From NCBI GenBank assembly GCA_004299665.1, contig SCQZ01000389.1, positions 1 through 33,050 on the forward strand: a stretch of DNA of 33,050 nucleotides, in the 5' to 3' direction. The notes beneath the pieces were generated by a model. It was not told where the DNA came from. It did not search any database and worked only from the letters and a program-made list of their open reading frames with translations. Of the stretch, positions 8,287-20,035 are shown in pieces (position 1 is the stretch's first letter; each line of letters begins with the position of its first letter). The stretch is from Jatrophihabitans sp. Lineage in GTDB: Bacteria; Actinomycetota; Actinomycetes; Mycobacteriales; Jatrophihabitantaceae. Position numbers and translations under genes: made by a program.

Positions 8287-8395
8287 GGGAATGCGCCGTC
8301 CCGCTGGCACACTGGGACGGCATCGCACCCGGTCCCGGTTCACGTCGCTGCTCCGGCAGTCGGCGACCCGGCGGCCCCGAGAAGGGATCCACAGC

Positions 8396-8614
8396 ATGAA
8401 ACAGGGCATCCACCCCGACTACGTGATCACGCAGGTCACCTGCTCCTGCGGCAACACGTTCACGACCCGCAGCACCTCGAAGACCGGCCAGTTGCACGCG
8501 GACGTCTGCTCGGCCTGCCACCCGTTCTACACCGGCAAGCAGAAGATCATGGACGTCGGCGGCCGCGTCGACAAGTTCGAGAAGCGTTACGGCAAGCGCA
8601 CCCGCAACTCCTAG
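8396..8614 (+). CDS. rpmE: 50S ribosomal protein L31, zinc-ribbon (C+) form
   Basis: MKQGIHPDY...VTCSCGNTF...[14 protein letters not shown] is canonical L31 with both CxC/CxxC pairs. AAGGGA lies 8 nt upstream of ATG 8396. The ORF-track N-terminal extension from 8279 is rejected. Confidence 0.95.
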   Translation: MKQGIHPDYVITQVTCSCGNTFTTRSTSKTGQLHADVCSACHPFYTGKQKIMDVGGRVDKFEKRYGKRTRNS

Positions 8615-8626
8615 CTTCTCCACAGC

Positions 8627-8659
8627 GGCGCCCGGCCCACGACCCGTGGGGCGGGCGCC
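8627..8659 (+). terminator. GC-rich hairpin after rpmE (candidate terminator or attenuator)
   Basis: GGCGCCCGGCCCAC (8627-8640), loop gaccc, GTGGGGCGGGCGCC (8646-8659): a 14-bp stem with one mismatch, 12 nt after the rpmE stop. No clear U-tract follows (GTTCCCGTGT). Confidence 0.4.
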
Positions 8660-8751
8660 GTTCCCGTGTCGCCGGTGGTCCCGCGGTCGCAGCAGTGGGC
8701 GGATGTGCGTGACCACCGCCCACCCCAGTGACCACTCGCGGGAGCGCAGCG

Positions 8752-9822
8752 ATGAACGAAGGATCCGGCCGGCTCGGTGAGCTGCTGGCCGAGTATGCCG
8801 ACGTGGAGCGGCAGCTGTCCGACCCCGCCGTCCACGGTGATGCGACCCGGGCGCGCACCCTCGGGCGCCGGTACGCCGCGCTGGCACCGGTCGCCGCCGC
8901 CGCGCGCGAACTCGACACCGCCCGCGACGACCTGACGGCCGCGCGCGAGCTCGCCGGCGAGGACCCGTCGTTCGCCGCCGAGGCCGACGCCCTGACGGTC
9001 CGGGTCGACGCGCTCGGGACGAAGCTGCGCGAACTGCTGCTGCCGCGCGACCCGAACGACGGCAAGGACGCCATTCTCGAGATCAAGGCGGGGGAGGGCG
9101 GCGAGGAGTCCGCCCTGTTCGCCGGCGACCTGCTGCGCATGTACCTGCGCTACGCCGAACGCCAGGGCTGGACGGCCGAGGTGCTCGACGACGAGCCGAC
9201 CGACCTGGGCGGACGCAAGTCCGTGACCGTCGCGCTGCGCGCCCGCGGCCCCGACCGGCCCGTCTACGCCCGCATGAAGTACGAGGGCGGTGTCCACCGC
9301 GTCCAGCGGGTGCCGGCCACCGAGTCCCAGGGCCGCATCCACACCTCCGCGGCCGGTGTCCTGGTGCTTCCCGAGGCGGAGGAGGTCGAGGTCGAGATCG
9401 ACCCCAACGACCTGCGCGTCGACGTGTTCCGCTCCTCCGGCCCCGGCGGGCAGAGCGTGAACACCACCGATTCCGCGGTGCGCATCACGCACCTGCCCAC
9501 CGGCACGGTGGTCAGCATGCAGAACGAGAAGTCGCAACTGCAGAACCGCGAGGCCGCGCTGCGGGTGCTGCGCGCCCGGTTGCTGGCGCACGCCCAGGAG
9601 CAGGCCGACGCCGCGGCGGCCGACGCCCGGCGTTCGCAGGTCCGCACGGTCGACCGGTCCGAGCGGGTGCGCACCTACAACTTCCCGGAGAACCGCATCA
9701 GCGACCATCGCGTCGGGTTCAAGGCGTACAACCTCGACCAGGTGCTCGACGGCGCGTTGGACGACGTCATCGACGCCCTGGCCCGCGCGGAGACCGAGGC
9801 GTTGCTGGCCGGCTCGTCGTGA
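8752..9822 (+). CDS. prfA: Peptide chain release factor 1
   Basis: GGQ motif [23 protein letters not shown] and the RF1-type PAT tripeptide ([14 protein letters not shown]). ATG 8752 has GGGAG 7 nt upstream. In-frame GTG 8728 is an alternative start. Confidence 0.93.
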   Translation: MNEGSGRLGELLAEYADVERQLSDPAVHGDATRARTLGRRYAALAPVAAAARELDTARDDLTAARELAGEDPSFAAEADALTVRVDALGTKLRELLLPRDPNDGKDAILEIKAGEGGEESALFAGDLLRMYLRYAERQGWTAEVLDDEPTDLGGRKSVTVALRARGPDRPVYARMKYEGGVHRVQRVPATESQGRIHTSAAGVLVLPEAEEVEVEIDPNDLRVDVFRSSGPGGQSVNTTDSAVRITHLPTGTVVSMQNEKSQLQNREAALRVLRARLLAHAQEQADAAAADARRSQVRTVDRSERVRTYNFPENRISDHRVGFKAYNLDQVLDGALDDVIDALARAETEALLAGSS

Positions 9823-10649
9823 CCCGGCCCGGCGAACTGCTGCGGGGAGCGACCGCGCGGCTCGCCGCGGCGGGGGTACCGTCGCCCCGGGTCGACGCCG
9901 AACTGCTGCTCTGCTCGGTCCTGGGAACGACGCGGACCCGCCTGCTCGCCTCCGGCCCGGTGGGCGCGGCCGACGCCGACCGGTTCCGCGAGGCGGTGCG
10001 TCGCCGCGAACGGCGCGAGCCGCTGCAGCACATCGTCGGCACCGCGCCGTTCCGGCACGTCGAACTCGCGGTCGGGCCGGGCGTCTTCGTCCCGCGGCCG
10101 GAGACCGAACTACTCGTCGACGTCGTGCTGGCGCTGCTGCCGGCGCCGGCGGTGGTCGTCGACCTGTGCGCGGGCAGCGGCGCGCTCGCGCTCGCGATGG
10201 CCGGCGAACTGCCCGCGGCACGGGTGTTCGCCGTCGAGCGCAGCGCGTCCGCCCTCGGATGGCTGCGCCGCAACACCGCCGGCGCCGCGGTGACGGTGGT
10301 CCCGGGTGACGTAGGCGATACTGCGCTGCTCGCCGAACTCGCCGGGGGAGTGGACGTCGTCGTGGCCAACCCGCCGTACGTCCCGGACGGCACGCCGGTA
10401 CCGGCGGAGGTGCTCGCCGATCCGCCGGAGGCGGTCTTCGCCGGCCCGGACGGGCTGGCGGTGATACCGCACGTCCTCGCGCGCGCCGGGGACCTGCTGC
10501 GCGCGGGCGGCGCCCTGGCGCTGGAGCACGACGTCTCGCACCGCGACGCGCTTGCCCGGCTGCTGGCCCGGGACGGCCGCTGGAGCGCGCCGCGCGAGCA
10601 CGCCGACCTCACGGGGCGGCCGCGCTTCACCACCGCGCGGCGCGCGTGA
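9819..10649 (+). CDS. prmC: Release factor glutamine N5-methyltransferase (HemK/PrmC)
   Basis: SAM-binding [13 protein letters not shown] and the catalytic NPPY (VVANPPYVP). The GTG start overlaps the prfA stop (GTGA). Conserved prfA-prmC pairing. Confidence 0.9.
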   Translation: MTRPGELLRGATARLAAAGVPSPRVDAELLLCSVLGTTRTRLLASGPVGAADADRFREAVRRRERREPLQHIVGTAPFRHVELAVGPGVFVPRPETELLVDVVLALLPAPAVVVDLCAGSGALALAMAGELPAARVFAVERSASALGWLRRNTAGAAVTVVPGDVGDTALLAELAGGVDVVVANPPYVPDGTPVPAEVLADPPEAVFAGPDGLAVIPHVLARAGDLLRAGGALALEHDVSHRDALARLLARDGRWSAPREHADLTGRPRFTTARRA

Positions 10650-11305
10650 GGCAGGATGGCGCCGTGTCGTCGTACTACGACTGCCGGGACGCCGCGGTCC
10701 GCGAGTCCGCCATCGCCGCCGCCGCGCACGCCGTCGCGGCCGGCCAGCTCGTCGTGCTGCCGACGGACACGGTGTACGGGATCGGCGCCGACGCGTTCGA
10801 CAAGGCGGCCGTCGCGGACCTGCTGGCTGCCAAGGGCCGGGGCCGCGACATGCCGGTCCCGGTGCTGGTCGGCTCGTGGACGACCCTCGACGGCCTGGTC
10901 AGCTCGGTCGGCAGCCGCACCCGCGAGTTGGTCGAGGCGTTCTGGCCCGGCGGCCTGACGCTCGTCGTGGCGCAGGCACCGAGCCTGGACTGGGACCTGG
11001 GGGAGGCGGCCGGGACCGTCGCCGTGCGCATGCCGCTGCACCCGGTCGCGATCGAACTGCTGGAGACGACCGGCCCGATGGCGGTCTCGAGCGCGAACCG
11101 GTCCGGCCACCCGCCGGCCCAGACCGCGGACCAGGCGCGCGACCAGCTGGGGGACCGCGTCGCGGTGTACCTCGAGTCCGGGGCGGCGCCGACCGGCGTC
11201 CCCTCGACGATCGTCGACGTCACCGGGGCGGTGCCGAGGGTGTTGCGCGTCGGCGCGGTGCCGGTCGAGGACCTGCGAGCGGTCGTCCCCGACATCGCGG
11301 GCTGA
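10646..11305 (+). CDS. tsaC: L-threonylcarbamoyladenylate synthase (YrdC/TsaC/YwlC family, short form)
   Basis: VVLPTDTVYGIGADAF, ...RGRDMPVPVLV..., WPGGLTLV and SSANRSG are YrdC-fold motifs. GTG 10646 overlaps the prmC stop (GTGA). GTG 10664 is an alternative start. Confidence 0.85.
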   Translation: MRQDGAVSSYYDCRDAAVRESAIAAAAHAVAAGQLVVLPTDTVYGIGADAFDKAAVADLLAAKGRGRDMPVPVLVGSWTTLDGLVSSVGSRTRELVEAFWPGGLTLVVAQAPSLDWDLGEAAGTVAVRMPLHPVAIELLETTGPMAVSSANRSGHPPAQTADQARDQLGDRVAVYLESGAAPTGVPSTIVDVTGAVPRVLRVGAVPVEDLRAVVPDIAG

Positions 11306-11312
11306 CGCGGCG

Positions 11313-12482
11313 ATGACCCCCCTGCACCCGTCGCTCGAGTACGTCCTGATCGCCGCCATCGCGGCGGCGGTGAGCTTCCTGCTCACGCCGTTGATGCGCC
11401 GCCTCGCGATGCTGTTCGGCGCCGTGGCCAAACCGCGCGACCGGGACGTGCACGCCGTCGCCATCCCGCGCATGGGCGGTGTGGCCATCCTCACGGGGCT
11501 GGCCGCCGCGCTGTTCATGGCCTCGCGGCTGCCGACCCTGCACAAGGCGTTCGACAGCGGGCCGGAGATCGGGTGGGTGCTGCTGTCCGGGGCCCTGATC
11601 TGCGGCCTCGGCGTGCTGGACGACCGGTTCGAACTGGACTCGCTCACCAAGCTGGCCGGGCAGGTGTTCGCCACCGCGATCATGGTCACGCGCGGCGGCG
11701 TGCAGTTGGCGTTCATCTACGTGCCGTGGGCGGACAGCGGGACGGTGAGCCTCGGGCGGGACCTGGCCATCCCGGTGACGATCGCGCTGACCGTCATCAC
11801 CATCAACGCCATCAACTTCATCGACGGCCTGGACGGGCTGGCGGTGGGCGTGACGGCGATCGGCGCCGGCGCGTTCTTCCTGTACTCCTACCACCTGGCG
11901 CAGGCCGACTTCATCGAGGTGGCGGCGGCACCGACGCTGCTCACCGCGGCGCTGCTGGGGGCGTGCGTCGGGTTCTGGCCGCACAACTTCTTCCCGGCCC
12001 GCATCTTCATGGGGGACTCCGGGTCGATGCTGGTCGGGCTGATGCTCTCCGCGTCCGCGATCACGGCCACCACGACGGCGGACCCCCAGGTGTTCAGCAA
12101 CACCGTCGGCTCCATCCCGCTGGCGATGCCGCTGCTGATCCCGATCGCGGTACTGATCATCCCATTCGTGGACCTGCTGCTCGCCGTCGCGCGCCGGGTC
12201 GGCCACGGCCAGGCGCCCTGGGCGCCGGACAAGCGGCACCTGCACCACCGCCTGCTCGAACTCGGCCACAGCCACCGGCGCGCGGTCCTGCTGCTGTACT
12301 TCTGGGCCGCGCTGCTGGCCTTCGGCGGGGTCGGGGTGGCGATCGTGCGCGGTCCCTGGGTGCTGCTCGGCGGCATCGCCGTCGGCGCCGTGTTCGGGGT
12401 CGTGGTGCTGCTGGTCCCCCGGCTGCGGCGGGGGCGGTCGCGGCCGGTGGGGGCGGTCCCCGTCCGGGCGGTCGAACGGTAG
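11313..12482 (+). CDS. wecA: UDP-GlcNAc:undecaprenyl-phosphate GlcNAc-1-phosphate transferase (MraY/WecA, glycosyltransferase family 4)
   Basis: Polytopic membrane protein with LDDRFELD, NAINFIDGLDGLAVG and FMGDSGSM motifs. It occupies the position of M. tuberculosis rfe (Rv1302), between the YrdC-like gene and the atp operon. Confidence 0.85.
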   Translation: MTPLHPSLEYVLIAAIAAAVSFLLTPLMRRLAMLFGAVAKPRDRDVHAVAIPRMGGVAILTGLAAALFMASRLPTLHKAFDSGPEIGWVLLSGALICGLGVLDDRFELDSLTKLAGQVFATAIMVTRGGVQLAFIYVPWADSGTVSLGRDLAIPVTIALTVITINAINFIDGLDGLAVGVTAIGAGAFFLYSYHLAQADFIEVAAAPTLLTAALLGACVGFWPHNFFPARIFMGDSGSMLVGLMLSASAITATTTADPQVFSNTVGSIPLAMPLLIPIAVLIIPFVDLLLAVARRVGHGQAPWAPDKRHLHHRLLELGHSHRRAVLLLYFWAALLAFGGVGVAIVRGPWVLLGGIAVGAVFGVVVLLVPRLRRGRSRPVGAVPVRAVER

Positions 12483-12554
12483 CGAATCGCCTTCCAGACA
12501 GGCGTTCGGCAGCTGTCAGGGGCCCCGCCCGCGGTCGGGCAACCTGTGCAACTG

Positions 12555-12563
12555 TGATAAGTT
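12555..12563 (+). promoter_or_regulatory. Candidate extended -10 (TGaTAAGTT) for the atp operon
   Basis: A locally AT-rich patch (ctgtgataagtttcag) in otherwise very GC-rich DNA. It fits TGN+TANNNT. It lies in the 186-nt wecA-atp spacer. No convincing -35 element and no TSS data. Confidence 0.3.
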
Positions 12564-12668
12564 TCAGTCGCTGTCGGGCGGTCCTCGCCCGCCGCGCTGA
12601 AGCACGGTGAGGAGCTGCCTATGATGGAGATCGGCGTTCGGGCCAGCTGCCGCGTGTGATGCGCACCG

Positions 12669-12884
12669 GTGGCTGACCGGCAGTCGGGCGGCTCACCGTC
12701 GTGGGCCAGTCTGCTCGGCATCGGCATCGCCTGTGCGGTGATGGTGTCGGTCGGGCTCGGCCTCGGATGGTTGCTGGACGACCAGCTCGGGACAATGCCG
12801 ATCTTCGTCATGACAGGGCTCGCCGCCGGCCTCGCCGGGGCGGGAACATACACGGTTGTGCAATTTCGCAAGTACTTGAGCTGA
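12669..12884 (+). CDS. AtpZ/AtpI-family small membrane protein (ATPase_gene1-like) at the head of the atp operon
   Basis: 71 aa with two hydrophobic helices (SLLGIGIACAVMVSVGLGLGWLL and PIFVMTGLAAGLAGAGTY). Its position is typical of this family. GTG start has no SD of its own (see the uORF finding). Confidence 0.65.
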   Translation: MADRQSGGSPSWASLLGIGIACAVMVSVGLGLGWLLDDQLGTMPIFVMTGLAAGLAGAGTYTVVQFRKYLS

Positions 12885-12898
12885 CGAGAGGAAACAGC

Positions 12899-13300
12899 GT
12901 GGGATCGGTCGGATACACCCCGGTCTCCGCCGCTGCGAACCTGCGCCGGTCGATCGTGATCAGCGCAGCCGTCGCGGTCGTGGCGGTCGTCGTGACGATC
13001 GCGGTCGGTCATCCGTTCATGGGGCTGTTCGGCGTGGTCGGCCTCGCGCTGGGCGCGCTGAACAACTGGCTGCTGCAGCGCTCGGTGCTGCGCTACGGCG
13101 CGGACGAGTCGATCGGCAAGAAGCAGTTCCGCAACGGCGTGATGCGCCGCCTCGCCGCGGTGACGCTCATCGCCGTCGGCCTGGCCATCCTCGTCCGGCC
13201 CGACGGACTGGCGGTGTTCTTCGGGCTGGCACTGTTCCACGCGATCATGCTGATCGGGGCGGCGGCGCCGGTGTTCGCGAGTCTGCGGAGCGCCGCGTGA
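12899..13300 (+). CDS. atpI: ATP synthase protein I (AtpI-like membrane protein)
   Basis: 133 aa with four hydrophobic segments. GTG 12899 follows GAGAGGAAA. The stop overlaps the atpB GTG (GTGA). Same position as Rv1303. The ORF-track extension to 12701 overlaps the previous gene and is R-rich. Confidence 0.65.
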   Translation: MGSVGYTPVSAAANLRRSIVISAAVAVVAVVVTIAVGHPFMGLFGVVGLALGALNNWLLQRSVLRYGADESIGKKQFRNGVMRRLAAVTLIAVGLAILVRPDGLAVFFGLALFHAIMLIGAAAPVFASLRSAA

Positions 13301-14043
13301 GCGCGCCGGCGGCGGTGCCCATGGCGATCAACGTCGAGGTGGGCCACCACATCGAGTGGCACCTGTTCGGGATGACCTTCAACGTCGACACGGTCCTCGG
13401 CACGCTGGTCGCCGGCGCGATCATCATCGGCCTGGGCCTGCTGGTGCGCCGCAGCGCCAGCATGCGCCAGCCGGGCAAGCTGCAACTGATCTACGAGACC
13501 GTCGTCGACGAGGTCGAGAAGCAGGTCGAGGAGTCCCTGGGCATCAAGACGGCCCCGTTCGTCGTCCCGCTGGCGATCACGCTGTTCCTGTTCATCCTGG
13601 TCGCGAACTGGCTGGCGATCATCCCGACGGGCCACCACCCGGAGTACATGCCGCCGCCGGCCTCCGACGTCAACCTCACCTACGCGATGGCGCTGATCGT
13701 CATCGTCTGGATGCACATCGCCGGCATCCGCAAGCGAGGCTTCCGCGGCTTCTACCACCACCTGTTCAAGCCGTACTTCTTCATGTTCCCGATCAACCTC
13801 GTCGAGGAGCTGGCCAAGCCGATCACGCTCGCCCTGCGGTTGTTCGGCAACATCTTCTCCGGCGTGATCATGGTGTCGCTGATCGCGCTGTTCCCGGCCT
13901 TCCTGCTGTGGGCGCCGGAGCTGATCTGGAAGCTGTTCGACATGTTCATCGGCCTGATCCAGGCCTTCATCTTCGCGCTGCTGACCGTGCTCTACTTCGC
14001 CGCCGTGAAGCCGGTGGAAGAGGGCGCGGAGAGCGCGCACTGA
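13297..14043 (+). CDS. atpB: F-type ATP synthase subunit a
   Basis: Polytopic protein carrying the conserved essential-Arg region LALRLFGNIFSG and the C-terminal helix IQAFIFALLTVLY. Confidence 0.95.
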   Translation: MSAPAAVPMAINVEVGHHIEWHLFGMTFNVDTVLGTLVAGAIIIGLGLLVRRSASMRQPGKLQLIYETVVDEVEKQVEESLGIKTAPFVVPLAITLFLFILVANWLAIIPTGHHPEYMPPPASDVNLTYAMALIVIVWMHIAGIRKRGFRGFYHHLFKPYFFMFPINLVEELAKPITLALRLFGNIFSGVIMVSLIALFPAFLLWAPELIWKLFDMFIGLIQAFIFALLTVLYFAAVKPVEEGAESAH

Positions 14044-14376
<333 letters not shown>

Positions 14377-14390
14377 GGACGCCCCGCACC

Positions 14391-14969
14391 ATGGCCAACT
14401 CCGTCCTCGCGGCCGACAACTTCCTGATGCCCAACGGCACCTTCATCGCCGAGGTGATCGTCTTCCTGCTGATCCTGGGCATCATCTGGAAGTACGTCGT
14501 CCCCTACGTCCAGAAGCCGATGCGCGAACGGCAGGAGATGATCCGCCAGCAGGCGCAGGACGCCGACGACGCGCGGGCGAAGCTCGCCGAGGCGCAGGAG
14601 GCGTTCCAGAAGGCGCTCGCCGAGGCCCGGACCGAGGCCGCGACGATCCGGGAGCGGGCGCGGGCCGAGGCGCAGCGTTCGATCGAGGAGCTGCGCCAGA
14701 CCGCGACGGAGGAGGCGGCGCGCATCGTCGCCCGCGGCGAGGAGCAGTTGAGCTCGCAGCGGGCGGCCATCGTGCGCGAACTGCGCGGCGAGATCGGCGC
14801 GCTGGCGGTCGAGCTGTCGGAGAAGATCGTCGACCAGCGGCTGGCCGACGACGTGCAGGTGCGGGCCACCGTCGATGCGTTCCTGACCGAACTCGAGCAG
14901 CACGATGACTCCCCGGACGACTCCCGCGACGGTTCGCGGGTCGACACCGTGGCGGGTTCCCAGGCATGA
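14391..14969 (+). CDS. atpF: F-type ATP synthase subunit b
   Basis: One N-terminal TM helix (IAEVIVFLLILGIIW) followed by a long charged A/E/R-rich helix. Lies between atpE and atpH. Confidence 0.9.
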   Translation: MANSVLAADNFLMPNGTFIAEVIVFLLILGIIWKYVVPYVQKPMRERQEMIRQQAQDADDARAKLAEAQEAFQKALAEARTEAATIRERARAEAQRSIEELRQTATEEAARIVARGEEQLSSQRAAIVRELRGEIGALAVELSEKIVDQRLADDVQVRATVDAFLTELEQHDDSPDDSRDGSRVDTVAGSQA

Positions 14970-15841
14970 TGCGGTCCGCGAGCCGGGCGGCGAGCATCGC
15001 GATCCGCCCGGCCAAGCACTCGGCGATCGACCGGCAACCCTCTCGCGAGGCGCTGCTGGTCGTGGCCGACGATCTCTACGGTGTCGCCGAGGTGCTCGTC
15101 CGTCAGCCAAGGCTGCGGCGCATCCTCGGTGACCCGGCGACCGACCCCGACGGCCGCGCGACGCTGCTGACCGACCTGCTCGGCGCGCGGATCGGGGACG
15201 CCGCGCTCCAGATCGGCCAGGCGATCGTGCGCGCCCGCTGGTCCTCGCCCTGGGACATGACCGACGCCTTCGAGACCGCGGGCGACGACGCGATGTTCGC
15301 CGGAGCCGAGATGGTCGGCACGCTCGACGAGATCGTGGACGAGCTGTTCCGCTTCGAGCGGGTGCTCGACGCGAACTCGGAACTGACGACCCTGCTCGAC
15401 GAACCCAGCGTCGACCCCGACCGGCGGGTCGGCCTGCTGCGGGGCGTGCTGCAGGGCCGCGCCCACCCCGTCACGGAGGCACTGCTCACCCATTCGCTGC
15501 ACAGCCAGCGCAAGCGGTCGCTGACGCTCGCGATCGACGACCTCCTGGAGGAGGCGGCGGCTCGCCAGGAACGCTCGCTGGCCCGGGTGATCTCGGCGGT
15601 GCCGCTGACCCAGGAACAGTGCGACCGGCTGGCGGGCACGCTCAGCCACATGTACGGGCGCGCGATCTCGGTGCGCACCGCCGTGGCCCCTGCCGTCCGT
15701 GGCGGGTTGATCATCCGCATCGGCGACGAGGTCATCGACGGCAGCATCGCCGCACGGTTGCTCAAGGCCCGGGCGGGGCTCGCCGCCCAGGCGTCCATGG
15801 CAGACATCTCCACCCGGTTGACCAGACAAGGAAAGCACTGA
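14966..15841 (+). CDS. atpH: F-type ATP synthase subunit delta (OSCP), long form with a duplicated N-terminal domain
   Basis: ATG overlaps the atpF stop (ATGA). C-terminal OSCP signature ...[20 protein letters not shown]. Two similar helical segments 90 residues apart (see finding). The stop overlaps the atpA ATG (TGATG). Confidence 0.9.
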   Translation: MMRSASRAASIAIRPAKHSAIDRQPSREALLVVADDLYGVAEVLVRQPRLRRILGDPATDPDGRATLLTDLLGARIGDAALQIGQAIVRARWSSPWDMTDAFETAGDDAMFAGAEMVGTLDEIVDELFRFERVLDANSELTTLLDEPSVDPDRRVGLLRGVLQGRAHPVTEALLTHSLHSQRKRSLTLAIDDLLEEAAARQERSLARVISAVPLTQEQCDRLAGTLSHMYGRAISVRTAVAPAVRGGLIIRIGDEVIDGSIAARLLKARAGLAAQASMADISTRLTRQGKH

Positions 15842-17397
15842 TGGCTGAGCTGACGATCTCCGCTGACGAGATCCGGAGCGCGATCGCGAACTACGTCTCC
15901 TCGTACTCGCCCGAGGCCTCGCGCGAGGAGGTCGGCATCGTCGCCGAGACCGGCGACGGCATCGCGCGCGTCGAGGGGCTGCCCAGCGCGATGACCAACG
16001 AGTTGCTGGAGTTCGACGGCGGCACGCTCGGCATCGCGCTGAACCTGGACGTCCGCGACATCGGCGTGGTCATCCTCGGTGACGCCTCCTCGATCGAGGA
16101 GGGTCAGCCGGTGAAGCGCACCGGCGAGATCCTCTCGGTGCCGGTGGGCGACGCCTACCTCGGCCGGGTCGTCAACCCGCTGGGGCAGCCGATCGACGGC
16201 CAGGGCGAGATCGCCGCCGAGGGCCGCCGCGCCCTCGAATTGCAGGCACCCACGGTGGTGCAGCGCCAGGAGGTGCGCGAGCCGCTGCTGACCGGCATCA
16301 AGGCGATCGACTCTATGACCGCCATCGGCCGCGGCCAGCGCCAGCTGATCATCGGGGACCGGCAGACCGGCAAGACCACCGTCTGCCTGGACGCGATCAT
16401 CAACCAGCGCGAGAACTGGCGGTCCGGCGACCCGCAGCAGCAGGTGCGCTGCATCTACGTGGCGATCGGGCAGAAGGGCTCCACGATCGCGGCGGCGCGC
16501 AACACCCTGGACGAGGCCGGTGCGATGGAGTACACGACCATCGTCGCCGCCCCGGCGTCCGACTCGGCCGGCTTCAAGTACCTCGCGCCCTACACCGGCT
16601 CGGCCATCGGCCAGCACTGGATGTACCAGGGCAAGCACGTGCTGATCGTCTTCGACGACCTGTCCAAGCAGGCCGAGGCGTACCGGGCCGTGTCGCTGCT
16701 GCTGCGCCGCCCGCCGGGCCGCGAGGCGTACCCCGGCGACGTGTTCTACCTGCACAGCCGGCTGCTCGAACGCTGCGCGAAGCTGTCCGACGACATGGGC
16801 GGCGGATCGATGACGGGGCTGCCGGTCATCGAGACCAAGGGCAACGACGTGTCGGCGTACATCCCGACCAACGTCATCTCCATCACCGACGGCCAGTGCT
16901 TCCTGGAGACCGACCTGTTCAACGCCGGTGTCCGGCCGGCGATCAACGTCGGTATCTCGGTGTCGCGGGTCGGCGGTGCGGCGCAGCCGAAGGCGATGCG
17001 TGCGGTTGCCGGCCGGCTGCGCGTGGACCTGGCCCAGTACCGCGAACTGGAGGCCTTCGCGGCCTTCGGCTCGGACCTGGACAAGGCCAGCCAGCAGCAG
17101 CTCGCGCGGGGCGCGCGCCTGGTGGAGCTGCTCAAGCAGCCCGCCTCCTCGCCCTTCAAGGTCGGCGATGAGATCATCTCGGTCTGGGCCGGCACCTCCG
17201 GCAAGCTCGACGACGTCGAGGTCGGCGACATCCGCCGCTTCGAGACCGAGATGCTCGCGTGGATCAACCACAACGACCCCGACCTGGTGAACTCGCTGGG
17301 GATGCTCAAGAGCTTCGACGACGAGACCGCCGCCGCGCTGGACAAGCACGTGACCGAGTTCAAGCACCAGTTCCAGCCGGGCGCCGAGAAGAAGTAG
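15841..17397 (+). CDS. atpA: F-type ATP synthase subunit alpha
   Basis: [15 protein letters not shown]..., Walker A GDRQTGKT and ...[14 protein letters not shown].... ORF-track start 15619 lies inside atpH and is rejected. Confidence 0.97.
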   Translation: MAELTISADEIRSAIANYVSSYSPEASREEVGIVAETGDGIARVEGLPSAMTNELLEFDGGTLGIALNLDVRDIGVVILGDASSIEEGQPVKRTGEILSVPVGDAYLGRVVNPLGQPIDGQGEIAAEGRRALELQAPTVVQRQEVREPLLTGIKAIDSMTAIGRGQRQLIIGDRQTGKTTVCLDAIINQRENWRSGDPQQQVRCIYVAIGQKGSTIAAARNTLDEAGAMEYTTIVAAPASDSAGFKYLAPYTGSAIGQHWMYQGKHVLIVFDDLSKQAEAYRAVSLLLRRPPGREAYPGDVFYLHSRLLERCAKLSDDMGGGSMTGLPVIETKGNDVSAYIPTNVISITDGQCFLETDLFNAGVRPAINVGISVSRVGGAAQPKAMRAVAGRLRVDLAQYRELEAFAAFGSDLDKASQQQLARGARLVELLKQPASSPFKVGDEIISVWAGTSGKLDDVEVGDIRRFETEMLAWINHNDPDLVNSLGMLKSFDDETAAALDKHVTEFKHQFQPGAEKK

Positions 17398-17400
17398 TGC

Positions 17401-17560
17401 CATGAGTGAGCATCGCAGGGCCGAAGGCCCGAGGAGCGCAGCGAGTGCAGCGATGAGCCGCTCGGGCGAAGAGCGAATGTCATGAGTGAGCATCGCAGGG
17501 CCGAAGGCCCGAGGAGCGCAGCGAGTGCAGCGATGAGCCGCTCGGGCGAAGAGCGCGTGT
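17401..17560 (+). repeat. Two directly abutting copies of an 80-bp unit (78/80 identical; first 75 nt identical) filling the atpA-atpG spacer
   Basis: Direct reading: 17401-17475 equals 17481-17555 base for base. The copies differ only at 17476/17556 and 17477/17557. Each unit contains the hairpins GGGCC-gaa-GGCCC, CATCGC...GCGATG and CGCTC-gggcgaa-GAGCG. Confidence 0.95.
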
Positions 17561-17561
17561 A

Positions 17562-19999
<2,438 letters not shown>

Positions 20000-20035
20000 C
20001 CCGATGAGCGACGCTCGCGGAGCCAAGGGGTAGCA

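Noticed and set aside
3257-8395. The ABC operon as a mobile element or genomic island
   Set aside because: There is no transposase, integrase, tRNA attachment site or clear terminal inverted repeats. By eye, codon style matches the flanks. Only a weak junction similarity was found, and it is reported as a low-confidence finding rather than as a mobile element.
8752-9822. Programmed +1 frameshift as found in release factor 2 genes
   Set aside because: The gene carries the RF1-type PAT motif and is a single uninterrupted ORF. The prfB-style frameshift site does not apply.
17401-17560. The 80-bp tandem repeat as a CRISPR array
   Set aside because: There are only two units, they abut directly with no spacers, there are no cas genes in the window, and the repeat lies inside an essential operon. 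It is reported as a tandem repeat instead.
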